Source: Acidimicrobiia bacterium
GTDB lineage: Bacteria > Actinomycetota > Acidimicrobiia > Acidimicrobiales > VFJN01
Direction: 5' to 3'
NCBI GenBank assembly: GCA_046565645.1
Contig: JBKHYD010000066.1
Location: forward strand, 10,528 to 74,527
DNA length: 64,000 bases
Position numbers and translations under genes: made by a program. The notes beneath the pieces were generated by a model. It saw only the letters and a program-made list of their open reading frames with translations. It did no database searches and was not told the origin of the DNA. Each line of letters starts with the position of its first letter. Positions within the stretch are counted from its first letter, which is position 1. Shown here piece after piece: positions 1 to 8,433 of this stretch.

Positions 1-781
1 AGTCGGGATCGGGCTCGACCTGCTCGGCGACCTCGTGTGGCGCTGGGAACCCGACCCGCTCGAAGGCCAGTCGGACCGTCTCGGCCCCCACGCCGTGCAT
101 GGCCGTGTAGACCGCGGTCACCTCGCGCGCGCTCCAAGGCTGCACGAGCGGGGCCACGGCGTCGAGGTAGGCGTCGATGATCGCTCCGTCGAGCGTGCGC
201 ACGCCGTCGGAGGCGAGGGGGACGTCGGCCAGCGGACCGACGGCGTCGATGTGGGCCGAGATCTCGGCGTCGACGGGCGACACGATCTGCGCACCGTCGC
301 CCAGGTAGAGCTTGTAGCCGTTGTCCTGGGGCGGGTTGTGGCTGGCCGTGATCATGATCCCCGCCACCGCCCGGTGGTGGAGGACGGCGAAGGCGGTGAC
401 CGGGGTGGGCAGTGGGCGGGGCAGCACGAGCACCTCGAAGCCGGCGCCGGCCAGCACGGCTGCGGTGTCCTGGGCGAAGTCGGCCGACCCGTGGCGGGCG
501 TCGAGCCCCACGGCCACCGGACCGTCCAGGCCCTGGGCCCGCAGCCACGAGGCGACCCCGGCGGTGGCTCGCCGCACGAGCGCCCGGTTCATGCGGTTGG
601 GCCCGGCGCCCAGCGCGCCCCGCAGGCCGGCGGTGCCGAACTGGAGCCGCTCCCCGAACCGCGCCGCCAAGCCGTCGAGGTCGCCGGCGGCGAGGAGGGC
701 GTCGACCTCGGCCTGCGTGGTCGGGTCGGGGTCCTCCTCCCGCCAGGCGCGAGCGAAGGCGACGAGCTCGTCGCCGGTCAC
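1..781 (-). CDS. Phospho-sugar mutase (phosphomannomutase/phosphopentomutase-like), runs off the window edge
   Basis: Manual translation from GTG at 781 gives FGTAGLRG and the phosphoserine motif ITASHNP..DNGYK. The start overlaps the PNP stop (GTGA). Confidence 0.9.
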   Translation of the reverse strand, partial: MTGDELVAFARAWREEDPDPTTQAEVDALLAAGDLDGLAARFGERLQFGTAGLRGALGAGPNRMNRALVRRATAGVASWLRAQGLDGPVAVGLDARHGSADFAQDTAAVLAGAGFEVLVLPRPLPTPVTAFAVLHHRAVAGIMITASHNPPQDNGYKLYLGDGAQIVSPVDAEISAHIDAVGPLADVPLASDGVRTLDGAIIDAYLDAVAPLVQPWSAREVTAVYTAMHGVGAETVRLAFERVGFPAPHEVAEQVEPDPD

Positions 782-1623
782 AGCCGAGCCACCACCTCGG
801 CGAGGAGGTCGCCCATCGCGTGCGCAGCCGCCTGGCCCGCGTCGAGCACCTCCTGGTGGTCCAGCGTGGCGCCTCCCAGCCCGGCGGCCAGGTTGGTGAC
901 GAGGGACAGGCCGAGCACCTGGGCCCCCGCGTGGCGGGCCGCGATCGCCTCGTGGACCGTCGACATGCCCACCAGGTCGGCCCCGACGGTCTGCAGCATC
1001 CGGATCTCGGCCGGCGTCTCGTACTGCGGGCCGGGCACCCCGGCGTAGACCCCCTCCTCCAGCGAGGGGTCGACGTCGCGGGCGAGCGCCCGGAGCCGTG
1101 GCGAGTACGCCTCGGTCATGTCCGGGAACCGGGGGTAGCCCAGCTCCTCCGGGGCGTTCGGGCCGGTGAGCGGCGAGCGTCCGGTGAGGTTGAGGTGGTC
1201 CGAGATGAGCACCGGCTGGCCCGCCTGCATTCCCGGTCGCAGCCCTCCGGCGGCGTTGGTGAGCACCACCGTCGAGCATCCGGCCCGGATCGCGCTGCGG
1301 ACCCCGTGGACGACCACTGAGAGGTCGTGGCCCTCGTAGGCGTGCACCCGCCCCATGAGAGCGAGGATCATCCGGCCGCCATCGGCCCGGATCGACCGCA
1401 GCACGCCCTCGTGACCGGCCACCGCCACCACGGGGAAGCCGGGCAGCTCGGGCATCGGGAGCTCGGCGACGATCTCGCCGAAGCGCTCGACGGCCGGCTT
1501 CCACCCCGAGCCGAGGACGACGAGCACCTCGTGGCGATCGACCCCGGTGCGCTCCCCGATGGCCGCAGCTGCCTCCCCCGCCAGGCGCCAGGGGTCGGGC
1601 AGGGGCGGGACGGTGTCGCTCAT
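778..1623 (-). CDS. punA: Purine-nucleoside phosphorylase (trimeric type)
   Basis: [33 protein letters not shown] and VTNLAAG motifs. Confidence 0.95.
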   Translation of the reverse strand: MSDTVPPLPDPWRLAGEAAAAIGERTGVDRHEVLVVLGSGWKPAVERFGEIVAELPMPELPGFPVVAVAGHEGVLRSIRADGGRMILALMGRVHAYEGHDLSVVVHGVRSAIRAGCSTVVLTNAAGGLRPGMQAGQPVLISDHLNLTGRSPLTGPNAPEELGYPRFPDMTEAYSPRLRALARDVDPSLEEGVYAGVPGPQYETPAEIRMLQTVGADLVGMSTVHEAIAARHAGAQVLGLSLVTNLAAGLGGATLDHQEVLDAGQAAAHAMGDLLAEVVARL

Positions 1624-1759
1624 CGCACGATCATGGCCGCTGGACCGCAGGTCCGCTCACCCCGGGCGCGGGCGCACAGGAGCGCACGGAACGGCGCGCC
1701 CGCCTCGGCCAGCCAGCGATCGGCCGAGCCTCGCGGGACGCATTCGATGGGACCGCCGG

Positions 1760-2761
1760 TCAGAAGCCGAGGGGTCGCACAAGCTGGCCGAGGCTGACCC
1801 CGGGGCGGGCACCGGTGTGCCCGAGCACCGCGGAGGCGGCCACCGAGCCGAGACGGCCGCACTCGGCCATCGAGCGACCGTGCGTGAAGCCGAAGAGGAA
1901 GCCAGCGGCGTAGAGGTCCCCGGCTCCGGTGGTGTCGACCACCTCGACCGGGTGGGCGTCGATCTCCTCGACGTCGTCACCGCAGGCCACCACGGACCCG
2001 GCCGGACCCCGGGTGATGATCGTGACCTCGACGTCGGCCCGGGCGGCGGCCAGCGCGTCGCCGAAGGTGTCGACGTCGTAGAGGGCGAGCGCCTCGTGCT
2101 CGTTGGCGAAGAGCACGTCGACCTGGTCGGCCACGAGGTCCCGCCACTCAGCCTTGTGTCGCTCCACGCAGAACGTGTCGGAGAGGGTCAGGGCGACACG
2201 GCGGCCGGCGTCGTGGGCGATGCGGCTGGCCTTCCAGTAGGCCTCCTTCGCCTCGGGGCGGTCGAAGAGGTAGCCCTCGAGGAAGGTGACCTGGGCGTCG
2301 GCGATCAGCTCGCCGTCGACGTGCTCGGGCCCGAAGTACTCGGAGGAGCCGAGGTAGGTGTTCATCGTCCGCTGGGCGTCGGGGGTGACGACGATGAGGC
2401 AGCGCCCGGTGGGCGGCCCGTCGGTGGCCGGGTGGGCCCGGAAGGTCACGCCGGTGGCCCGCAGGTCGTGGGCGAAGACGGCGCCGAGCTGGTCGTCGAA
2501 CACCCGACCGATGTAGGCCGCCCGGCCGCCGAAGGAGGCCACCCCCGAGACGGTGTTGGCCGCCGATCCCCCTGACATCTCGATGCCCGAGCCCATGGCC
2601 TCGTAGAGCTGCTCGGCGCGGTCGGTGTCGATGAGGGTCATCGAGCCCTTCACGAGGCCGTGGCGCTCGATGAACTCCTCGCTCTCGTGGGTCAGCACGT
2701 CCACGAGGGCGTTGCCGATCCCCACGACGTCGAAGGCGGGCCGATCCGGGGCGGAGGTCAC
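1760..2761 (-). CDS. Adenosine kinase-like PfkB carbohydrate kinase
   Basis: GIGNALVD, SGGSAANT and DTTGAGD motifs in the C-terminal part of the 1760..4243 ORF. GTG start chosen behind a TAGCGT -10. Confidence 0.88.
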   Translation of the reverse strand: MTSAPDRPAFDVVGIGNALVDVLTHESEEFIERHGLVKGSMTLIDTDRAEQLYEAMGSGIEMSGGSAANTVSGVASFGGRAAYIGRVFDDQLGAVFAHDLRATGVTFRAHPATDGPPTGRCLIVVTPDAQRTMNTYLGSSEYFGPEHVDGELIADAQVTFLEGYLFDRPEAKEAYWKASRIAHDAGRRVALTLSDTFCVERHKAEWRDLVADQVDVLFANEHEALALYDVDTFGDALAAARADVEVTIITRGPAGSVVACGDDVEEIDAHPVEVVDTTGAGDLYAAGFLFGFTHGRSMAECGRLGSVAASAVLGHTGARPGVSLGQLVRPLGF

Positions 2762-2890
2762 GGCCGTCCACGCTACGCCCCCGGCCCGCCCGGCTCCGAG
2801 CCGAGCGAGGCGCACGCGCGCCCGCTCCCGCCCTTCGCCGATGCCTGCCGGATCTGCCGCTAGTTTCGCAGAACTTGCTAATCTCGAGGC

Positions 2891-4054
2891 ATGTCCGGAG
2901 AGCTCTATGACCCGGTGGCCAACCCGTACGCGCCCGGAGCCGGCACGCCCCCGCCCGCCCTGGTGGGCCGGGACGCCCTCATCGCGGACGCCACGGTGAG
3001 CGTGCAGCGGCTGCGGGCCGGTCGCGCCAGCCAGCACCTCATGCTCACCGGGCTGCGCGGCGTGGGCAAGACCGTGCTGCTCGGCAAGCTGGCGGCGCTG
3101 GCCGAGCACCAGGGCTACCGGGTCATCCGGCTCGAGGCGGTGGGCGGCGACGACGCCATCGTCTCGTTCCTGCGCCAGGCCCGACGCATCATCGAGGAGC
3201 TGGGCACCGGCGCACGGGTGGCGCGCGCGCTGCGCTCGATCGACGCCGTCGCCGTCACGGTGGCCGGCAGCGGCGTCCGCCTCGAGCGCAGCGAGGGCGC
3301 CTCCCCGGACCGGGACGCCCTGGGGGACGTGGTGGTCGACCTCGCCCACGCCTGCGCCGACCACGAGCTCGGCGTGGCCATCGCCCTCGACGAGGCCCAG
3401 CTCGTCGAGCGGCAGGACCTGCGCCGGGTCCTGGCCGGCGTCCACCGCTGCGGCCAGGACGGGCTCCCCCTGTGGGCGGTACTGGCCGGCCTGCCCAACC
3501 TCGTCGGCATCGTGGCCAAGGCCGCCACCTACGCCGAGCGGATGTTCACGGTGGGAGCGCTTGGTCCGCTCACGCCCGCCCAGGTCGCGGAGGCGGTGGC
3601 CGAGCCGGCCGAGGAGCTGGGGGTGACGTGGTCGCCGGCCGCCCTCGACGCCGTGGCCGACCGGTCCGACGGGTACCCGTTCTTCGTCCAGGTCTGGGCC
3701 TTCCACACCTGGAACGTGGCTCGGGACGAGCCCATCTCGGTGGCGGACGTGGAGCGGGCCGAGGGGGCCGCTCGCCTGGCCCTCGACGCGTCGTTCTTCG
3801 CCGCCCGCATCGCCCGCATCCCCGACAGCGAGGTGGGCTACGTGCGGGCCCTGGCCTCGCTCGGCCCCGGCCCCCACCGCTCCGGTGAGGTGGCGGCGGC
3901 AGCCGGCAAGACCACCTCGGCGGTCGCCGCGTTCCGCGACCGGCTCATCGGCGAGGGCCTGGTCTACGCCCCCCGCTACGGCTGGGTGGAGCTGGCCATC
4001 CCCCACTTCGACGACTACGTCCGCCGCACCCTCCCCCCGCTCGACCCGGCCTGA
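2891..4054 (+). CDS. AAA/STAND-like ATP-binding protein with probable C-terminal winged helix
   Basis: NPYAPGAG, Walker A GLRGVGKT, Walker B IALDEAQ, GYPFFVQ, C-terminal RDRLIGEGLVY. Confidence 0.85.
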   Translation: MSGELYDPVANPYAPGAGTPPPALVGRDALIADATVSVQRLRAGRASQHLMLTGLRGVGKTVLLGKLAALAEHQGYRVIRLEAVGGDDAIVSFLRQARRIIEELGTGARVARALRSIDAVAVTVAGSGVRLERSEGASPDRDALGDVVVDLAHACADHELGVAIALDEAQLVERQDLRRVLAGVHRCGQDGLPLWAVLAGLPNLVGIVAKAATYAERMFTVGALGPLTPAQVAEAVAEPAEELGVTWSPAALDAVADRSDGYPFFVQVWAFHTWNVARDEPISVADVERAEGAARLALDASFFAARIARIPDSEVGYVRALASLGPGPHRSGEVAAAAGKTTSAVAAFRDRLIGEGLVYAPRYGWVELAIPHFDDYVRRTLPPLDPA

Positions 4055-4091
4055 CCTCGGCCGCGGGATCGACCCGCCAGCGGGGCAGCGC

Positions 4092-4835
4092 TCAGCGGAG
4101 GGAGGCGCCGACGAAGCCGCCGTGTTCGAGGACGGGCACCGTCTGGCTGGCATCGACCTGGCAGGCGAGCTCCACATCCGCGGCCCACCCGCGGGCGATC
4201 GCCTCCCGCCCGGATGCGCAGCCCGCGATCGCGTCGGCGACATCGAAGCGGGCGGCCTGCCACACGCTCACAGCCGCTCGTGCCTCCGGGGAGCACGTGC
4301 CCCCGATGGCGGCCAGCACGGCGCCAGCGCCGAGGTGGTCCTCGAGCGACGGTCGCAGGGAGCCGTCCGGCCACCGCTCCCCGCACGCCACCACCGTCAC
4401 CGACTCGTGATGTCGGGCGAGCCAGCGGCCGACTGCCGATGCGTTCCTGAGACAAGCGGCGTAGACGGTGGCACCGGCGTCGTGGGCGACGGCCGCACAC
4501 GTCGAACCGTTGGGCGACGGGAGCACCACGCGGTCATCCGGTCCCAGCGACAGCAGGCTCCCCGGAGACAGCGACGGCCCTTCGAGCGCTCCCGGGTCGG
4601 CCAAGACCGCACCGACCTCGTCGGCGTAGCGCTGCATCGTGTCGTCCTTCCAGCGGTACGGGTACACGGTCGCACCCGCGCTCACGCCCGCATCGACGGC
4701 TGTCGTGAAGCGCAGCACGTCGACGACGACCACCGCCTCGGCAGGGACCTCGCCGACGCCGGTCGGCCCCCACTCGAACCGCACGTCCCACTCACCCTGC
4801 CGCAGCCACCGCCGTTCGTTGCCCTCATCCCCCAT
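4092..4835 (-). CDS. 2-phosphosulfolactate phosphatase (ComB)-like protein
   Basis: VVVDVLRFTT, PSPNGS, ACLRNA and LEDHLGAG motifs. ATG at 4835 lies 6 nt behind CAGAAT. Confidence 0.85.
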   Translation of the reverse strand: MGDEGNERRWLRQGEWDVRFEWGPTGVGEVPAEAVVVVDVLRFTTAVDAGVSAGATVYPYRWKDDTMQRYADEVGAVLADPGALEGPSLSPGSLLSLGPDDRVVLPSPNGSTCAAVAHDAGATVYAACLRNASAVGRWLARHHESVTVVACGERWPDGSLRPSLEDHLGAGAVLAAIGGTCSPEARAAVSVWQAARFDVADAIAGCASGREAIARGWAADVELACQVDASQTVPVLEHGGFVGASLR

Positions 4836-5056
4836 TCGGCCATTCTGGCCAGCGCTCGGCACCGATCGCCGGTCCCCCGCGGCTGCTCCAGCCCGTGCGG
4901 GTCCCCTCCCGAGGTGACGATCGCTCGGACCGTGTGCACAGAGCGAGCCCCGAACCGGTCGTTTCGGCGCGACCGGGATGGTCGACGGCGCCACTGAAGC
5001 TCCGGCAGTAGGTCGTCGGTGCCGCTCGGTTCGCCCCGACTGCGACACTCTGAGAC

Positions 5057-5176
5057 ATGGAGATCTGGTGCGCCGACTGCGGTTGCCTGGTCGAGCAGGG
5101 CGTCATCGTCAGGCCGTGCGATCGCCATCCGGACTGCTGCTGTCGAGAGCTACCGACCCGAACGACCGAAGAATAG
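5057..5176 (+). CDS. Putative 39-aa Cys-rich microprotein (MEIWCADCGCLVEQGVIVRPCDRHPDCCCRELPTRTTEE)
   Basis: ATG..TAG read by hand, below the ORF-track cutoff. It has 7 Cys and 1 His. A GACACT hexamer sits 7 nt upstream, as for neighbouring leaderless genes. Confidence 0.5.
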   Translation: MEIWCADCGCLVEQGVIVRPCDRHPDCCCRELPTRTTEE

Positions 5177-5290
5177 GGGCCACCACGCGCGCGCCCGAGT
5201 GCCCCGATCGTCAGCACAGCCGCTGTGAGCCGCTCCGATCGTCCGACGGTGCCCGGTGACAGGTGCCGGCGAGCGGCTCATGATGGGGCG

Positions 5291-5659
5291 ATGGCGGTGA
5301 CCGACATCGACCACGTCCAGCTGGCCATGCCGGCCGACCAGGAGCCGGCGGCGGTGGCGTTCTACGAGGGGCTGCTCGGCCTCCCGCAGGTGCCGAAGCC
5401 CGACGCACTGGCCGGGCGTGGCGGCTGCTGGTTCGAGCGCGGCGACGTCCGGGTGCACCTCGGGGTCGAGGCGCCGTTCCGGCCCGCCCGCAAGGCGCAT
5501 CCGGCCTTCGTGGTCGACGACCTGGGCGCCCTCCTCGGCGCCATCGCGGCCGCCGGCCACGAGGTGGTCGACGCGCCCCCTCTACCCGGCCAGCGCCGCG
5601 CGCACGTCTTCGACCCCTTCGGCAACCGGATCGAGCTCATCGAGCACCTGGCCGCCTGA
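5291..5659 (+). CDS. VOC/glyoxalase family protein
   Basis: IDHVQL, FYEGLLGL, GCWF, HLG, HPAF and DPFGNRIELIE motifs. Confidence 0.9.
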   Translation: MAVTDIDHVQLAMPADQEPAAVAFYEGLLGLPQVPKPDALAGRGGCWFERGDVRVHLGVEAPFRPARKAHPAFVVDDLGALLGAIAAAGHEVVDAPPLPGQRRAHVFDPFGNRIELIEHLAA

Positions 5660-5685
5660 GCCCCAGCGGAGGCGGTCGCTGGGGC
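5660..5685 (+). terminator. GC-rich hairpin directly after the VOC stop (GCCCCAGCG-N8-CGCTGGGGC)
   Basis: 9-bp perfect inverted repeat with no U-tract. Confidence 0.45.
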
Positions 5686-5875
5686 GACCGGGAAGGCGGG
5701 GCCCGCGCCGGACCATGTCGGTGCCGACGCCGACGAGCAGACCCCGCTCATCGCCTTCACCGGCCGCCGGTCCCCAGGACGACGCCCTCACGCACAGCGT
5801 TCGATTCCGTCACGCAACGCGGTGACCAGCGGAACGCCCCGGCTGGACAGGGCGGCACCAGTAGCCTCCGGCGCA

Positions 5876-8431
5876 ATGGCTGACCACAACCCGCATCGCC
5901 TGCCTCGTCACGTCCTGCCTCGGAGGTACGAGCTGACGCTCACGCCGGACATCGCGGCAGCCACCTTCGTCGGAGCGGTCGACATCGACGTCCACGTGCG
6001 GGAGGCCACCGACGAGGTGGTCCTGAACGCCATCGAGCTCGAGATCGACGAGGCGTGGGTCACCGCCGGCGGCGACCGGCTCGAGGCCGCCGTCGCCCTC
6101 GACGAGGAGGCCGAGCGGGCCACCCTCACGCTCGCCCACCGCCTGGAGCCAGGGGAGGCGGTGGTGTCGCTGCGGTTCCGGGGGACGCTGAACGACAAGC
6201 TCCGCGGCTTCTACCGCTCCCGCTTCACCGACGAGTCGGGCCAAGAGCAGTTCATCGCCACCACCCAGTTCGAGGCCACCGACGCCCGCAGGGCCTTCCC
6301 GTGCTGGGACGAGCCGGACTGCAAGGCCACCTTCGCCATCACCCTCGTGGTCGACGAGGGCCTCACCGCCGTCTCCAACGCCGCCGTGGCGAGCGAGGAG
6401 CCCACCGGGGACGGCCAGCGCACCGTCCGCTTCGCCGAGACCATGGTGATGTCCACCTACCTGGTGGCCTTCGTCGTCGGCCCGCTCGAGGCCACCGGGG
6501 CGGTCGACGTGGCCGGCACGCCCACCCGGCTCGTGTACCCGCCCGGCAAGGGCCACCTCACGGCCTTCGGCACCGAGGTGGCGGACTTCTCGCTGCGCTA
6601 CCTGGCCGACTACTTCGCCCTCCCCTACCCGGGGGACTCGCTCGAGCTGGTCGCCATCCCGGACTTCGCCTTCGGGGCGATGGAGAACCTCGGCTGCGTC
6701 ACGTTCCGGGAGACGCTGCTGCTGGCCGACCCCGAGCACGCCACCCAGGGCGAGCTGCAGAACGTCGTCGACGTGATCGCCCACGAGCTGGCCCACATGT
6801 GGTTCGGCGACCTGGTGACGATGAAGTGGTGGAACGGGATCTGGCTCAACGAGGCCTTCGCCACGTTCATGGAGCTGAAGGTCACGGACGCGTTCCGCCC
6901 CGAGTGGGAGCGCTGGGTCTCCTTCGGGCTCGCCCGCACCACGGCCTTCGACACCGATGCCCTCGAGTCCACCCGACCCATCGAGTACGACGTCGTGTCC
7001 CCCGAGGACGCCGAGGGCATGTTCGACGTCCTCACCTACGAGAAGGGCGCCGCGGTCGTCCGGATGCTGGAGCAGTACCTGGGCGAAGACCGCTTCCGGG
7101 CCGGGATCCGCAAGTACATGGCGGACCACCAGTACGGGAACACCGAGACGACCGACCTGTGGGATGCCATCGAGGCCGCCACCGGCGAGCCGGTGCGTCG
7201 GATCATGGACTCGTGGATCTTCCAGGGCGGTCACCCGATCCTCACCGTCGAGGCGCTCGAGGGTGCCCGGGCGCTGCGGATCAGCCAGGAGCGCTTCAGC
7301 TACCTGGCCGACGCCGACACGGGCGCCCGCTGGTCGGTACCCCTGCAGGTCCGGGTGGGGCACGCCGACGGCACCACGCGCACCCGCGTGGCGCTCCTCG
7401 AGGGTGACGAGGTCGAGGTCCCCCTCGACGCTCCGGCCGAGTGGGTGGTCGCCAACGCAGAGGGCCACGGCTTCTACCGGGTCCGCTACGCCGGCGAGCT
7501 GCAGCGCGCCTTGACGGAGCGGGCGCTCACCGAGCTCTCCAAGGTGGAGCGCTACGGCCTTGTCGACGACACGTGGGCGTCGGTGCTGGCCGGGTCCAGC
7601 TCCGCAGCGGACTTCCTCGCCCTGGCCGAGGGCCTCGCCCAGGAGACCGACGCGTCGGTGTGGCGTCGTGTGCTGGCTGGGCTCGACCAGCTCGACCGGC
7701 TGGTGGACGGTGACGCCCGCGGCGAGCTGCAGCGGCGAGTCGAAGCCATCGTCGCGCCGGCCCTCGAGCGGCTCGGCTGGGATGCCGGCCCCGACGACTC
7801 GGACCGCGATCGAGAGCTGCGCGGCGCGCTGGTCGCTGCGATGGCGGTGCTGGCCGACGATGCGGGGGCCCAGACCCGGGTTCGCGACCTGTTCGCGAAG
7901 GTGCGGGCCGACAGCACATCTGTCGAGGCGAACGTGGCCGCCGCCGTGGTGCGGGCCACCGCGGCCCTGGCCGGCGACGACGACCTCGACCAGCTGATCG
8001 AGGGGTTCCGGCAGGGCACCACCCCCCAGGAGGAGCAGCGGTACCTCTACGCGCTCGCAGACGTGCGACGGGCCGAGCACATGGACCGGGTGCTCGAGCT
8101 GGCCATGACGCCTGAGGTCCGCACCCAGAACGCACCGTTCCTGATCGGCGCCTGCATCGCCAACCGGGACCAGGGCGCCCGGGCGTGGGCGGTCGTCGAG
8201 GCGCGCTGGGACGAGATGAACGAGCGGTTCCCGTCGAACAGCATCGTGCGGATGCTCCACGGGATCCGCCTCGTCAGCGACCCGGCGCTGGCCGGCGACA
8301 TCGAGGCGTTCCTCGACGACCACCCCGTCCCCCAGGCCAGGCAGACGCTCCAGCAGCACCGCGAGCGGATGCGGGTGTCGGTCGCGCTGCGGGCTCGCGA
8401 GGCACCCCGCCTCGCCCAGCACCTCACCTGA
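5876..8431 (+). CDS. pepN: M1 family aminopeptidase N (ERAP1-like C-terminus)
   Basis: TQFEATDARRAFPCWDEP, GAMEN, HELAH..WLNE and YEKG motifs. Confidence 0.95.
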   Translation: MADHNPHRLPRHVLPRRYELTLTPDIAAATFVGAVDIDVHVREATDEVVLNAIELEIDEAWVTAGGDRLEAAVALDEEAERATLTLAHRLEPGEAVVSLRFRGTLNDKLRGFYRSRFTDESGQEQFIATTQFEATDARRAFPCWDEPDCKATFAITLVVDEGLTAVSNAAVASEEPTGDGQRTVRFAETMVMSTYLVAFVVGPLEATGAVDVAGTPTRLVYPPGKGHLTAFGTEVADFSLRYLADYFALPYPGDSLELVAIPDFAFGAMENLGCVTFRETLLLADPEHATQGELQNVVDVIAHELAHMWFGDLVTMKWWNGIWLNEAFATFMELKVTDAFRPEWERWVSFGLARTTAFDTDALESTRPIEYDVVSPEDAEGMFDVLTYEKGAAVVRMLEQYLGEDRFRAGIRKYMADHQYGNTETTDLWDAIEAATGEPVRRIMDSWIFQGGHPILTVEALEGARALRISQERFSYLADADTGARWSVPLQVRVGHADGTTRTRVALLEGDEVEVPLDAPAEWVVANAEGHGFYRVRYAGELQRALTERALTELSKVERYGLVDDTWASVLAGSSSAADFLALAEGLAQETDASVWRRVLAGLDQLDRLVDGDARGELQRRVEAIVAPALERLGWDAGPDDSDRDRELRGALVAAMAVLADDAGAQTRVRDLFAKVRADSTSVEANVAAAVVRATAALAGDDDLDQLIEGFRQGTTPQEEQRYLYALADVRRAEHMDRVLELAMTPEVRTQNAPFLIGACIANRDQGARAWAVVEARWDEMNERFPSNSIVRMLHGIRLVSDPALAGDIEAFLDDHPVPQARQTLQQHRERMRVSVALRAREAPRLAQHLT

Positions 8432-8433
8432 TC

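Noticed and set aside
1760-4243. Apparent 827-aa kinase fusion (likewise the 767-aa reductase, 1071-aa dxs, 655-aa moaA and 877-aa ABC-F ORFs)
   Set aside because: The N-terminal extensions overlap real genes on other frames or strands. The true starts lie downstream, so these are not fusions.
5795-5815. GTTCGATTC T-loop-like motif
   Set aside because: No pairing T-stem, acceptor stem or anticodon arm, so it is not a tRNA or att remnant.
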